A stretch of DNA of 64,000 nt from Amoebidium appalachense (lineage: Eukaryota > Protista > Ichthyosporea), in the NCBI GenBank assembly GCA_963693365.1, contig CAVNZM010000001.1, positions 19,724,125 to 19,788,124 on the forward strand, given 5' to 3'. A model generated the notes under the pieces. That model made no database searches, was not told the DNA's origin, and saw nothing but the letters and a program-made list of their open reading frames with translations. Below, one piece after another: positions 1 through 28,207 of the stretch; positions within the stretch are counted from its first letter, which is position 1, and every line of letters begins with the position of its first letter. The translations under genes and the position numbers were made by a program.

Positions 1-246
1 CGACCCTTGCGCCAGCCCCATATTCGCGCGACCCGACATCGGATTTGGCTACGGTGCGGCTGCGCGAGGCTACATTTTGCCAGACCCAAGTCTTCTTTTT
101 TACCGGCTTCTGCTAGATCATGCGGATATTTTATCGGCTACATGTAAGCATTAATCTTGATGGAGCATATACACATATACAGCCGCACCGTAGCCAAATC
201 CGATGTCGGGTCGCGCGAATATGGGGCTGGCGCAAGCTTAAGGGTC
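1..246. repeat. Inverted repeat / fold-back (about 62-bp arms, 117-bp spacer), left arm probably truncated by the window edge
   Basis: Positions 1-62 (cgacccttgcgccagccccatattcgcgcgacccgacatcggatttggctacggtgcggctg) are the reverse complement of 180-246, apart from a short insertion (cttaa) in the right arm. Confidence 0.9.
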
Positions 247-1701
247 GGGGCGCTTCGATCGAAATGCGATCGGGTTGAATGCAAGCGATTGCATTATTCA
301 CGAGATAAAACAAATCACCAAAATCCGGGGGTAGGGTGTTTGGTGATTTTTCTTTACGGCCGAGTCTTTCGTGACCAGGAGGGTCAAATTCAAGAGAAAA
401 CTATGCTAGGTTCACGGGTGTTTCTAGATGGCCGTGGCTAGGTTCTATAGGCGTCGATTGGGCCTATGTAGATACTAAATGGATAGTTACGCGGGCCGGC
501 GCATGTGTCTTGAACTTAGAACCGATTGTTTATCTAGGAGGCCTTGTTCGACAGCGAAGTATAGCCAGCCTGTTCAACTGTGGCGGAGCAAAGTGTTTGT
601 AGATGTAGGCCAGGTTTTATGATAATATGTGTAGGGGGGTACCCGCGGTGGCTGAGTGGGAAGATGCACAGGAAGAAGGCCGGGAGAGATCCAGTAGTCG
701 CTTAGTTGCTGAGCATTATATGTAGTCAGTCACCTCTGAGATGCTGAGCATTATATATGTGCAAGTTTGTGTTTGCAATGGGTTACAGCCTGAGGGGGAA
801 AGGGGGCGTGGGGGGTGAAGGGGAAGGGTGGATGGAACACTACACGAAGGCCAGAGGGTTCGGTAATGATGTTGTTAAGGGCCCCAAGGGTCTCGTGGCT
901 GCTAACGTGAGACCCATCGTCGACCCTGGCACCGACGATGACTATGATTGGTATTAAATCCTCATGAGCAGTATGGCGTGGTTTGCTAAGTTTTTTTTCG
1001 GATTACGGTGAACTTGAACGTGAATTATGATGCTAGCATTAAAGGCGGTTACTAATAGTAGGTATGCATATGGCCATGGATCGTCATGATTCAGAGTCTA
1101 GTGTACCGTGTAGATTATCCGCTGGCCGTGTATTATGTATGCCGCTGCAGCTGAATGATGTCCTCGACCTGACTAACTTCTTCAGCAGTATGTGTTGTAA
1201 ACTCAGACAAGTTGATGATCATCAAGTAAAGCTGTCGAGTAAGCAAAAGTATTAATATACATTATCACGATATATTCATTTGATCAGAGGACACTGAGAT
1301 TATGATGCAACTGATGCAACTGAGGCGATTACGTTACAGCAGGGCATAATTCAGCCACACAATATGGTTCCAAGAAGTTTATGAAGAATCTGGGCCCATG
1401 GACGCAAAGGCTGTGGAAGGAATATGATGGCAATTTTCTTAAATTCTCGTTTGTGTCTGGTTTTTTTTTTTTTTTTTTTTGGGGGGGGGGGGGGGGGGGG
1501 AGGGAAGGGGGGGGGGGGGGGGGGGGGGGGGGAGGGGGGCTTGTCCTCACCCCTCCTCCAATCGTCTGCCAGTCGAATGGCATCTCATCATAGTATCCTC
1601 CCCCTCCCCCTTCCCCCCCCCCCCCCCCCCCCCCCAACAACAAAAAAAACAAAACATAATATATACACATGGCATGAATATCCCCCCCCCCCCCCCCCCC
1701 C

Positions 1702-1740
<39 letters not shown>

Positions 1741-2349
1741 CACACACACACCGTGAAACATACACATACGGGGCACCACAACTACGGCACCCACACACCC
1801 ACATGTGTGCACACACACCTCTCTTCTCACCGATGACGAACCCTCCTCTCCCCCTCTCCTCCCCCCCCTCCCCCCCCTCCCCCCCCCCACGCACACACCC
1901 AACCGCCTGTCACTGCCCTGTTCCGGATCCAGGATGCACGGAGGACGGAGGGGAGGGAGAGCAACTTCTGACGAATAAAAACGTTACGACATTGGGGGAG
2001 GGGGTACTACGCAGCAAGAACAAATCACAACCATGCTCAGCATGTACCTGAGGCTGATGCATGCATAGAGGTGGTTCTGAATTCGAAGACCTGATGTTAC
2101 ACCCAATCAGGTTATCTTAGTTGCAATGGAGTCACTGATTCATTGCGTAGCCATCAGATTCTGAGGTGCTCTATTACTTATGTACTTGATTTAGCCAAGA
2201 TCTTGTATGACCATCACTTGGTGGTGCCTGGAGAAGTAAGCACGAAGGACTAGGAAAAAGGGAGATTTGGATGGATGGCGGAGAAAATGGGGAGATGGTT
2301 TAGGAAACTAGAAAAGAAAAAGAAAAGTGAGAAATGATGTGTGTAGACT

Positions 2350-2384
<35 letters not shown>

Positions 2385-2621
2385 GTGTATGTCACGGTGT
2401 GCCACACAGTGCGCGTGCGCGGGCCCGTGAGGATGTTTTTATACTTGCAGTTATAGGCGTGTGGTATGATGGTTGAGCGTGTGCGCATGAGGTCTGCGCA
2501 TGACACACAGCACACCACTGCTATCCAGTCACGGCGTCCGTTTGTCTACATGCGCATATATGGCTGAGCAAAAAAAGGCTGTTGCAAGTGTGTATGCGCA
2601 TGTGAGTGGGGGCGGGCCGGG

Positions 2622-2656
<35 letters not shown>

Positions 2657-3166
2657 GGGAGGAGACGGTGCAAGCGTGTGTGTGGAGGGGTCCGTGCATG
2701 TGTATGTGTAACAGTGCAGGTGTGTGTGAGCGCTCGTGTATGCAGGCATGTGTGCCTCTTTTCATGTTCTTTTGTCAGTGCTGCACATATGCATATTTCA
2801 GAAGTTCGTGCATGTGCAGTGGTCACATGGCATCATGTGTGTCGGTGAGTGTGTGAAAGGTTGGCTGTCACAGTGTGGTTGTGTGTGCGCGGCACTTCAT
2901 AGTGTGTTCGTGTACTGTATGTGTGTATGTGATGTCTGTCTGTGTGCTTGTGTGTGTGGGTGTGTTTGGGTGACACAGTATGACACACTGTGTCACGGTG
3001 TGCACAAGCCAACCACAAGTGATGCTCAGTGCATGATAATCGTGTTTTTATTCGGCCGTGATCGATCCAGTCAACCAAAACACGCATTGCAGAATACAAT
3101 ACCTTCACCATGCCATTCAGAAGGCCCCAGACATACCCCCTCCCCCCCTCCCCCCTCCCCCCCCCT

Positions 3167-3209
<43 letters not shown>

Positions 3210-3597
3210 ATCCAAACACACACATACCCACCTGTACAACATATTCCCGCAACGATAACGCCCAACACATACACCACTTGGACTCCTCTCCCACACACTC
3301 ATACGGCTTTTCCAACCTGAGCCTATGACCTTCGACTATCCCCTCCAGGCTTATCCCTTTCCCTTTCCCCATACGCTGCCTCCACCAAAGCTGTAACCCC
3401 TTTCAAACATCACCATCGATGGGTCCCAAAAAAAAAGGGAGGAAAAAAAAAAAAAAAAAAAAAAACTAGAAACAAAGCAAGTAAGAAAGATCACCATTCG
3501 CCTCAGACCTTGCTCACTGTTGAGGTCCTACTTACTCAAAATACGGACTGTGTGCGTGTGCTCTCCGTGTGCTTGAGCAGATATGCCCACGTACAAC

Positions 3598-3706
<109 letters not shown>

Positions 3707-3754
3707 ATTTGCGTGCGCAAGTGCTTGTGCATGTGTGCGCGCATGTGCATGTGT

Positions 3755-15573
<11,819 letters not shown>

Positions 15574-16349
15574 GACTGATATCCGTTGTGTGTAAAGCAG
15601 GCTGGAAAGAAAAGCTCAAGTTGAAAAGCTAGGTTCAATGTTAACGGTAGAAGGTATCGGAGAACGGAACACGGTTGCTCAAGGTGATGTTCGTTCAGGT
15701 GTTGCGCTATGCTGCCTTCGTTTAGGTGTTGTGCTGTATTGCCATCGTTCAGGCGTTCGGGTGCTATGCTGTGCTATATCAGGGACTGTAATACGCTGTG
15801 ACTAGCCAATGCCGTGATCGTAGCTACGAAGACAACAAAACATAACACACACCAGTTATGTTTGACACTTCAAATTTGAAAGCTTGCTTTTATCATGTGT
15901 GGCTCATAGCACGTAGATACGTGCCGCTTCAACTTGGTGCCGATGCGCTCCGAGCCAATTGGAAATAAGTGTCATTTTCGGGTCAACCAAACGGCACGTT
16001 CAATTCCGACCCGAATACAGTCGGGTCGCAGATCGTACACTCCCGGCGCATGCACACCGCGCCCACGGCCGACCAGTCGGCACACACCACAAGCCGTGGA
16101 AGTGGAGCCGGTCCTGAAGGCCATAGCAGGGAAAAGGTGTTAGACCAAAGCTCATAGTGGTTATATATGGCGTGGAAGGTTTTCTAAAGGCGCACTTAGG
16201 CATATATGGTTATTAGAAGCTCTTGCCAAGGTGACAGCCTGATTAGCCGCTTGGAGAGAGAGAGCCACACACCGTGAATTGTCAATTAAGGCTACACACA
16301 CGCACAGACCGGCCCAGACACCGACACGGTTTACGGGAAATTAGGCAAG
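15574..16349. promoter_or_regulatory. Putative bidirectional promoter between photolyase and uS17
   Basis: 776 bp between divergent ATGs. Free of microsatellites and CpG-rich, with CCAAT motifs near 15805 and 15955 (palindromic ccaattgg). Confidence 0.55.
15690..15771. repeat. Degenerate 27-bp tandem repeat, 3 copies
   Basis: ttcgttcaggtgttgcgctatgctgcc / ttcgtttaggtgttgtgctgtattgcc / atcgttcaggcgttcgggtgctatgctg. Confidence 0.75.
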
Positions 16350-17344
16350 ATGGGGTTCCAGGCAGTGGGCCGTGTGATTGGAACGGCAATGCAGAAGACG
16401 GCCAAGGTTGCCGTGACGCGCACAGTGCAGCACCCCAAGTATGAGAAGGTAGGAACCTGTTTGTGCTGGTGGCTGTGTGCCACGAGTATTTCCCTTCTGG
16501 GCTTCTGCTTGCAGTGTATGGTTGAGTTACCCTTCTGTAGCTGATCGCGCCTCTTGTTCTGTTATCAGCTTTGCCGCCCAATCTCTCCCTTTCCCTTTCC
16601 CTAAACACTTTCGCTCTCTCCCTCCCTCCCTCCCTCCACCGTTAAACTTACTCTCCCAGCTTCTGTGTGCCACTTCCTTGTCTGCAGCCCGCCCTGCTTG
16701 TGCGCCATGCAGTCTTAGGCTCTAAGCAGGCACAGTATGCAACGGATGGGAGGGAGGTCTTAGAACTCTCTGCCAGTTCTGGTGTTTAAGTCTTATTATG
16801 CTCTAGTGGCCACGTTTTGTGTACATGCAAGCTGTGCTGCAGAAGGTGTCTCGGGTTGGGGGAAAGGATTGTACTTTGAAAGGGAAGGGGGCGGGAGGGG
16901 GGGGGGGGGGGGGGGCTGGAATTTAGAGAAGGGTGTAGAGGGGAGTGGATCTGTGTCGGGGGTGTCATGCTCTTTATGATGTTCCTTAGACACCAGTGTT
17001 TGTGTGAAAAAAACTTGTGGGTAGGCACACACACCCATATGCCCGCGCTCCCAATTGCACACGTGCTCTAATACTCAAGCACAGACACACACTTAACAAA
17101 AAGGTGCAAGGAAGACCTTGCAGACACCCACACACATACCACAAATAGCTGTGCGCACATGCACGTGCATGCATGTGCCCACATACACGTACATACATCA
17201 TGTGTAGGCACATACACGTTTTTTACACACAGAGCGCACGGACACGTCTATCTTCACACCAACTTCGAGATGTTTTGTTCACAATCAGTTGCATCTGCCT
17301 GCGTTTATATTCACTGTCCTTTGCTCCGTTTTCACAGCCACCTT

Positions 17345-17388
<44 letters not shown>

Positions 17389-17576
17389 AAAAAAAAAAGA
17401 AGAAGAAGAAGAAGAAGAGGGGGGGGGGGGGGGGGGTCAAGAGAAACGGACTATGCTGTGGCACACCTTCGTGTGCTTGCTTTCAATGATAATGTTTGGT
17501 TGAGAGTTTGTGTTTTTTGTATTGTCTTATGCACACCACTTCCTTTCACACCCCGTCCTACTCCATTTTGCACCAG

Positions 17577-17608
<32 letters not shown>

Positions 17609-18021
17609 CCTTCCCCCCCTTTTTTTTGAAAAAAAACATGTACCTATTCAATATAGTAGTGGACTGCACGTCGATGTGAATATTGAAAGATATCCCATTT
17701 TATAATGTCGAAAGATTTCTCTTAATACTCACAACTTTGCAGATAGCTTGCAATTTGTTTTCCTGCATGGGACAGAATGTGTGTTGTGAAGGTGTACACT
17801 TGTTGGCATAAGGTTATGGGCATGGATACTGACAGTTGGTGGGGCATAGCACATCCGTCTGACCAAGAAGTACCTCTGCCACGATGAGGACCAGATGTGC
17901 ACAGGTTTGCGCCCCTCCCCCCCCTCCCCCCCCCCCCCCCCCCTCCCCCCTCCCCCAGCCGCCCCTCTCCCCTCTAAACACACACACAGACACACCCCAC
18001 TAAACACAAAACAAACCTCCC

Positions 18022-18052
<31 letters not shown>

Positions 18053-18402
18053 AAAAAAAAAAAAAAAGAAAGAAAGGTTTTTTTGACGTGGAAGAACTGC
18101 ATGTGGTTAGACGACGTAAAACATAGGGTGGCGAGGTGGTGGTGGTTTTTTTTTTGTTTGTTTGTTTGTCACTTTTGTGTGTGTTTGGGGGGGGGGGGGG
18201 GGGGGGGGGGGGAGGGGGGAGGGGGGGGTGGGGGGGGGGGTGGGGATAGATGCTGGAGAGAGGTTAGCCCAAAACTAAAAGGGTGTAGGGGCTGATTAGA
18301 TGTTTGTTTGGTAGATGTGTGTCTGCCAGTTTAAGAGGGTGCTGAAGCATGTGATATTCACAGGTGTAGCTCTTGCTCCCTATTTCACTTTCTGGATTTG
18401 TG

Positions 18403-18442
<40 letters not shown>

Positions 18443-19335
18443 ATGTGTGTGCGTGTGCGTGTATACTGTTCCCCGCCTCCCCTCCCATCCAACCCGTCTC
18501 TTTTTGTCTCTGTAGCTCTCACCCCCGCCCCCCTCTCCTCCTCCCTCTTTGCCTATCCCCCCCCCCCCCCTTCCCCCCCCCCCCCCCCCTCCATCCTCCC
18601 CCCCTATTCCCTGCCCTCGCCAATTACCCTCCCTCTCCCCCCTCCCTTCCTGCACCCCCTCCTCTACTCTTTCTCACTTATCCCTCTCCTCTATCGCTTT
18701 CTCTTCTGTGGATGAGCTGGGCCTCCTCTGAGAATGTGTTGTAATAATATGATGCATACTCGTAGCGTGTGCTCTTTTTTTCTTTTTTTCCCCCAGGCAT
18801 GATCTGTTTTGTGTTGTCCGTTATGAATGTTCTTTTCGTATGCTGTAACATATTCGAATCTCCTTTCCTTCTCTACCCACATCCCTCTTTCTCTCCCACC
18901 CTGACTTCCTTCCTTGCTTCCTTCCCCCCGCTTTCCCTCCTTCCCTCCCTCCCTCCCCTCCCTCCATCCCCCCCCCCCCCCCCCCCCCCCTCCCCCCCCC
19001 TCTCCTTGAGTGTGTGTGTGTGTGTGTTCATTTGTGTTTTGTGTGTGTGTGTGTGTGTGTGTGTGCGTGAGAGAGAGAGAGAGAGAGAGAGGTGTGTGTG
19101 TGTGTGTGTGTGTGTGATGTGGTAAGTTAGGGTGTGAGCTTCTTTTTTTTTTTGGGGGGGGGGGGGGGGGGGTAGGATGTGATGGTGCCAGTGATTGTGG
19201 TGGCCTGACCCGCATGTGTATGTGCGCAACATGTTCTGGGATGGAGGTTAGAAACTTGCTGAGCGGTGTTCGGGGATTTGGGGCTGTTGTAGGGAGAGCA
19301 TCTGCGGCACTTTGCAGCAGGAAGTGTCATGTGTG

Positions 19336-19413
<78 letters not shown>

Positions 19414-19714
19414 GTTTGGGGGGGGGGGGGGGGGGTGGAGTGAAGGGGGGAGTTTACGGTTTAAATGGCGGATTAGGCGCGAAGCATTGTTGGTTTCTCC
19501 CTGTGCACATCACACTGGCCCCCCCCCTTTTTTTTTTTGGACGACAATGACCTAAAACAAACCAACCCTTCACGTTCCTGCAGTGGGAGATCTTGTACGT
19601 ATCGAGGAATGCCGGCCCATCAGCAAGAGGAAAGCATTTAAGGTGTTGGAGGTAGTGCAGCCGGTCAAGAAATACACAGACGAGCAGGGGAGGGTCTACA
19701 CCCCTGTGGAATAG
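16350..19714 (+). CDS. MRPS17: Ribosomal protein uS17, bacterial/mitochondrial type, 3 exons
   Basis: Exons 16350-16448, 17850-17904, 19584-19714 give MGFQAVGRVIGTAMQKTAKVAVTRTVQHPKYEK-HIRLTKKYLCHDEDQMCT-VGDLVRIEECRPISKRKAFKVLEVV..., with the S17 motifs HPKY, GDxVxIxExRPxSK. Introns are GT-AG. Confidence 0.92.
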
Positions 19715-21264
19715 AACCCGACTGCCAGTGTGGAGGTGCTCCCCTGTCTGCTAATGTGTAGTAATGTTTTACTATGGTCGCATGGCTTTTATTACCTTCG
19801 AATTTTTATGTTTTTCTTTCCGGATATTCGGATGTAGCTTGTGATTGAAATTTCAATGTGTTCCTCCGACATTTCTCTCACTCAGATTGCTACAATCTGA
19901 TTTAAAATGCCCCTTTCACGTAGCTTGATCCCCCCCTTTTTTTCTTTAGGAATTGGTTAATAGACATTGACACGCTCTTAGAACTAATGCTTGTGCACGC
20001 GGTGGTGGAAGGTTTGTGTAGTGAAAGTAGGCACATGTGTATGGTGTGTGTGTGCACAATGCCATGTCGCCTGTTGAAGTGTTCTTGCCACTGTGCACAT
20101 GCATTTCACATTAACAGTGTATGTGGTTGGATTGCAAGGACACGTAGCACAAAATTGTTAACGGGCAGCATGCCCATGCACATGTACATGAAACAGAAAC
20201 CTGTGCGTGTACGTGCGTGCGTGCGCGCACGTGTGTGGGTGTGTGGGTGTGTGGGTGTGTGGGTGTTTGGTGTTGGGGAGGGGGGGAGGTTCCAGCCTGC
20301 TGGCAGGCGTTGTCATCGCCGTAGATATTTGAACAAATTAAAATGTACCGTTTGTATGTATTAAAAATGGTTTTGAAATTATAATGCAGGCATGGTGTCA
20401 CAGTGTGTGTGCGGTGTGTGTCTTGGGTGTGGGTGTGGGTGGGTGGGTGGGTGGGTGGGTGTGTGTGCGCGCGCGTGCCTCTTATGTGTGTGTCACAGTG
20501 TGTGTGTATGAAGCGACCTTGTGCTCAATTTGTGATGCACGTTGGTATCGTGGTGCTTGAGGCCGGCCCATCATGCACGAGTCCTTACTCGCGATCGGAT
20601 GCACATGGCTGGCCGCGCAGTGCCATATGTATCACACCTCTAAGTATCTGTTTACGCACACGTACGTTGTACATGGCTGTGTGTGTGTGTACATGTATGC
20701 TTATTATGCATGCACGTTTTGTGCGTGTACGGCAGTCTGACTGAGCTCGAGAGTGACGTCCGGCGACAGATCGATGCGGGAGAGAGAGAGAGGAAGTAGG
20801 GCTGTGGGAGAGAGGAAGAGGCACCGGGGCCGGAGGGTCCCAAATGCACGACAGAGAGCCTGAGAGAGAAACTGAGCTCGAGGCCAGCTAGCAGGCTAGA
20901 GTGAAGGCACACAGCAAACCGAAGGCCTGTGTGCTGCTGTGTACGCACGTACCCACGTACAATACAGTTCGAATTCTGTGACATAGCTTTAGACCGTTGA
21001 TAGACCATTGATACATGTACATACTTCAGAGACGTCGATGCTGCTGGAAGGGTCCGACGATACGCGTGACTGTACCCGCTGTAGCTGCTCCGAAAGTCGT
21101 TGTCAAAGTTGACCTTATAATCCCACTTACTTGCTGATAAAGCTTATAAATCTGTGGACTCATTTATATCACTAATAGTATTAATTGGTGTAATACAGCA
21201 AGATTCGCTCCGCGGCTAACGGACAGTCACCAGGCAACAGGCGGCGGCGCCGGCGACTCAGCGC

Positions 21265-21571
21265 TAGGGGTGTGGCGTTGAAGTCACCAAGCACCTGACT
21301 TCAACCAAGTCAAGTCAAGCCCTGAGGCCGGACATAGGAGTGACTTGATGTGGGGAGACCTGGCTTGGGGCGGGGATTGGAAGCATAGGAGGATGGGTGG
21401 GAGGGGGGGGCGCAATGCTCGGCCGTTGCCCAGCCGGCCGGAGGAGTTACTAAAAATAGTACTCTTCCAAGTCGCGACTTTAAAGTCAAGTCAAGTCATC
21501 GACTCATCAAACCCAGCAAACAATTATAAATATGAGTCAAGTCAAGTCGTTGAGGCTCTGCCCGACCCCTG
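21265..21571. mobile_element. hAT-type MITE (307 bp)
   Basis: Perfect 8-bp TSD CTCAGCGC at 21257-21264 and 21572-21579. Imperfect TIRs TAGGGGTGTGGC / CAGGGGTCGGGC (rc). Internal clusters of TCAAG(T) repeats at ~21301-21319, 21484-21498 and 21536-21548. Confidence 0.8.
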
Positions 21572-22820
21572 CTCAGCGCTAGCCGCTCGGCCAGCTACTG
21601 CGGCCCGGCCGACGTCATCCAGAATCACCCTAGACCATCAAACCGCGTATGGGCGTTCAGGATTCTATTTTTAGGAGGTCCTATTGCCTGAGTAAGGGGC
21701 ATGTGAAGATTAAAAATAATAATTAGAGCATAAATTGTTTGAGTGCATTGGCACCAATTTAAACTGAATGTTCGATAAATGGTAGACTCTCTGGTTTTGG
21801 CAAGTTGCCGTGGTTTAGGGAGCTTCGAAACTATGCGGGAGAGACCAATTAGAATGTCCCGGAGTGTCAATGGAATGCCTTGACCGGCCGGGCCCGGCCG
21901 GCACACTGCAATGCTGCGATTGGCTGTTTCAGCATCACAACCAGTTTTGGCAAGTCTAACGTGTCAACCATTGGCCAAGATTCCGCAATCAGTTTGGAGT
22001 AGGGCTCGAAGTGAATACCAGGACGGCCGTTGAAATTTTGGCCGTAGGTATAGGTCCGCTGTATGTAGACTCTCAGCGGCTGCACTGCCCCGTTTTGTCT
22101 TGGGTGTTGCGCTCTCTATATTTACATGACAAAATAAGTGCATACGAGTTCTATATAGGTGAAAAAAGCCATACATAATGTATCATGTGCGAGCTTTCTC
22201 TATTGTTCTATGTCAAGTTGCAACGTTGACCATGCCATTACCAACATGCAAACAAAAAGACAGAAGCGGCATTCTATTTCTAACCCTGATTTGGAGGCGT
22301 GAGCCCTCCGATCGATCAGGCTGCCGTAGCATGACAGCGACGACCAACACACTGGAGCGAACTAGTCTGTGTAGCTGAAGAAACATAAGTGCATTCAATT
22401 CAATGGTTTGCCTTCAGAAGCATGCTAACATCATTAATGATTTTGGGGTGGCGCCCTTTTGAAAGCTTGCAGTAATACGAGTTGTGTACGGCATCGAGAG
22501 ATTGATAGATTCAGGGCGAAGTGAAACAAACAAATTCTTTTTATTTGAAGAAGTCCAGTTGAAATTTGGGACCTGAGCCTCTTGTTTGCATTCTTTTTTT
22601 GGCATTCTTAAGGTATTCTATTCACAGCCCTGTGAGATATAGTCATATTGCTTTGTGATTAACAAAACAGACCCACGTGACATTAGTAACGTGCCTGCCT
22701 TCGCAGTAAGGGTGTGCTCTACAGCTAGGGTTCTGTGTGATACTAATCAAATCAAATGTTCTGTACTGTATAATGTATGAAGGCTATTGCTGCCACTGAG
22801 TAAGACCAATTCCCCTCTGA

Positions 22821-26218
<3,398 letters not shown>

Positions 26219-26237
26219 GTAGAAAGGTTTTTTTTTT

Positions 26238-26268
<31 letters not shown>

Positions 26269-26485
26269 GGGCTTGGCTGAAACACTGTTGTAGCTTTTGC
26301 ACACGTGCACAAACATAATGAAAGTTTAGTGACAATGTTTGATCTAGGTGCATAATTGGGAAAACGTTTAGTGGGATGCACAAGTAACGTGTCCATGTAA
26401 GTCAGGACACCATCTAACGGTGCCACCGCTAGGAAATAATCGCCTAAAGTATCTACATTGGAAATTACATAGTTTCCAAGCCTGT

Positions 26486-26874
26486 TGTTATGATAGAATA
26501 GTCTATCTGTTTATTCCTGCTCTTCCCAGTCACGTACTCAGCCTGTTCCCGCCTATCCCGCCCCCGCGTACGTATACTTGGGGACCGCCTGGGGCCGCAT
26601 ACACCAGGAACCATAACTGTCTTCCTATTGGCTAGTACATAATCCCGATCTATCCTGAGAGATTATCTGTAATCCTATTGGACGATGTATTCGCGGACTG
26701 GCATCCGCTCAGGTATATAAAGCAGCCGAACCATCCTCAGATGGTACCGGAGGATCCGAGATCTCAAACCACTTCCTGTGTACCTCTCTACTCTCGATCC
26801 GCTATGTAGAAGTGATTGTCTCATACAGAGGTCACAGGACCGAATCCTGCCTCTGCTCCACATTTATTCTGATA
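26486..26874 (+). mobile_element. Probable solo LTR (about 389 bp)
   Basis: Microsatellite-free block starting TGTTATG, flanked by the direct repeat CCTGT (26481-26485 and 26875-26879). Contains two ATTGG boxes and a TATATAAA at ~26714. Ends ...GATA rather than CA. Confidence 0.5.
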
Positions 26875-27148
26875 CCTGTTTATAAGTTAGGTAATGCCAT
26901 TTGAAGAGCCTGACTTAACTTGCACTTTTTTTAGCGTTAACTAAACTAGTGGTCTAATTGGTCGAGTGAGCCCCTGTTTGAAGTTGAGTATGCAATGAAT
27001 TATAGTGATTCGCGCGTAAACACACGAAGGTTTGAAATTAGAAGTCGAAGGAGGTCCTTTTTTGTGTCGTGGGTGGGGGGGGGGGGGGGGGGGGGGGGAT
27101 GGGGTTGGGCGGGGTGGGCGGCTGGGTGGTGGTGGTGGTGGTGGTGGT

Positions 27149-27192
<44 letters not shown>

Positions 27193-28059
27193 GGGGGTTG
27201 AACTTCCGCCGGATTATTTGAGCCTGGCCTCGTAGGCGCTCTGTACAGGTTGTTACGTTGGGTAGAAATGTACGTTTGTTAGTGTGTGACGCGCACTGAT
27301 TGATTGAATCATGTCGAAAGGCAGATTTGTGATGGCTGAGGGTGCATGCCTGGGGGCTCAAACACACAGCCCGGAAATAATATCTGAGCGTAGCAGAGAA
27401 TCCGGATCCGGTGGTTGGATCGTGAATAGGTATCAGTGTCCAAAACTATTATGGAGGAGGCCCATACAAACGGAAACGCAAAGTTGACCAGCCTGAAATA
27501 ATGGCTTTCATCCTTGGGTTCTATTTCCGGATGTGGTGAGGGCGGCGGGGTCAAATTTAGGACCCGGTGGTGGTGGTGAGTGAGTGAGTGATTGTGTGTG
27601 TGTGTGTGTGCAGTGCACGTGAGCGTGCGTGTATGTGGACGCCGTGTTAAGAGGTGGGTTGCATTTGCGGTGGCCCCATAGGTGGGCGGGCAGCAGGGCG
27701 GGGAGGAGGGGGGGGGGGGGGGGGGGGGGATTTGCGGTGCCAAAACTTTAGTAAACCGTTCAAACAATGACACTTGTGATTAAGCTTGAGAACTTAGTAG
27801 TGGGGCCGGGTTATGTGTTTTTCATTCATTGGGAGCCTTGGTCTGGAAGAGGGGGTTGGGTTGCTGCAGTGAGCTGGGGGCTCCTGGTGGTCGGTCCGTC
27901 AATCCCAGACGTCCCGGATGTCTGGGGAGACCGGCCTGACCCGGGAGGCCTCGGTTCACTCTTACCCTCCTCTTCCGCTCCACGGATGTGTGAAAAGTGT
28001 AACAACCATACATCGTCATGTCGTAGGCGTGTGGGGGGGAATAAAGAGGGGTGGGGGGG

Positions 28060-28091
<32 letters not shown>

Positions 28092-28164
28092 TGGGGGGAG
28101 GGGGGGGGGAAAGAGGGAGTGGGTTTCGGGGAAGGGGCCCGGGATCGTTGCTTGCTAGCGGTGG

Positions 28165-28207
<43 letters not shown>

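Noticed and set aside
642-710. tRNA-like A box (gcggtggctgagtgg)
   Set aside because: No B box (GTTCRA) and no cloverleaf can be built.
1324-1450. Short open frame GDYVTAGH...MKNLGPWTQRLWKEYDGNFLKFS
   Set aside because: No recognisable homology and no convincing splice partners.
20896-20934. Hairpin followed by CTAG on the minus strand, resembling a Helitron 3' end
   Set aside because: CTAG is not followed by T and no matching 5' TC terminus was identified.
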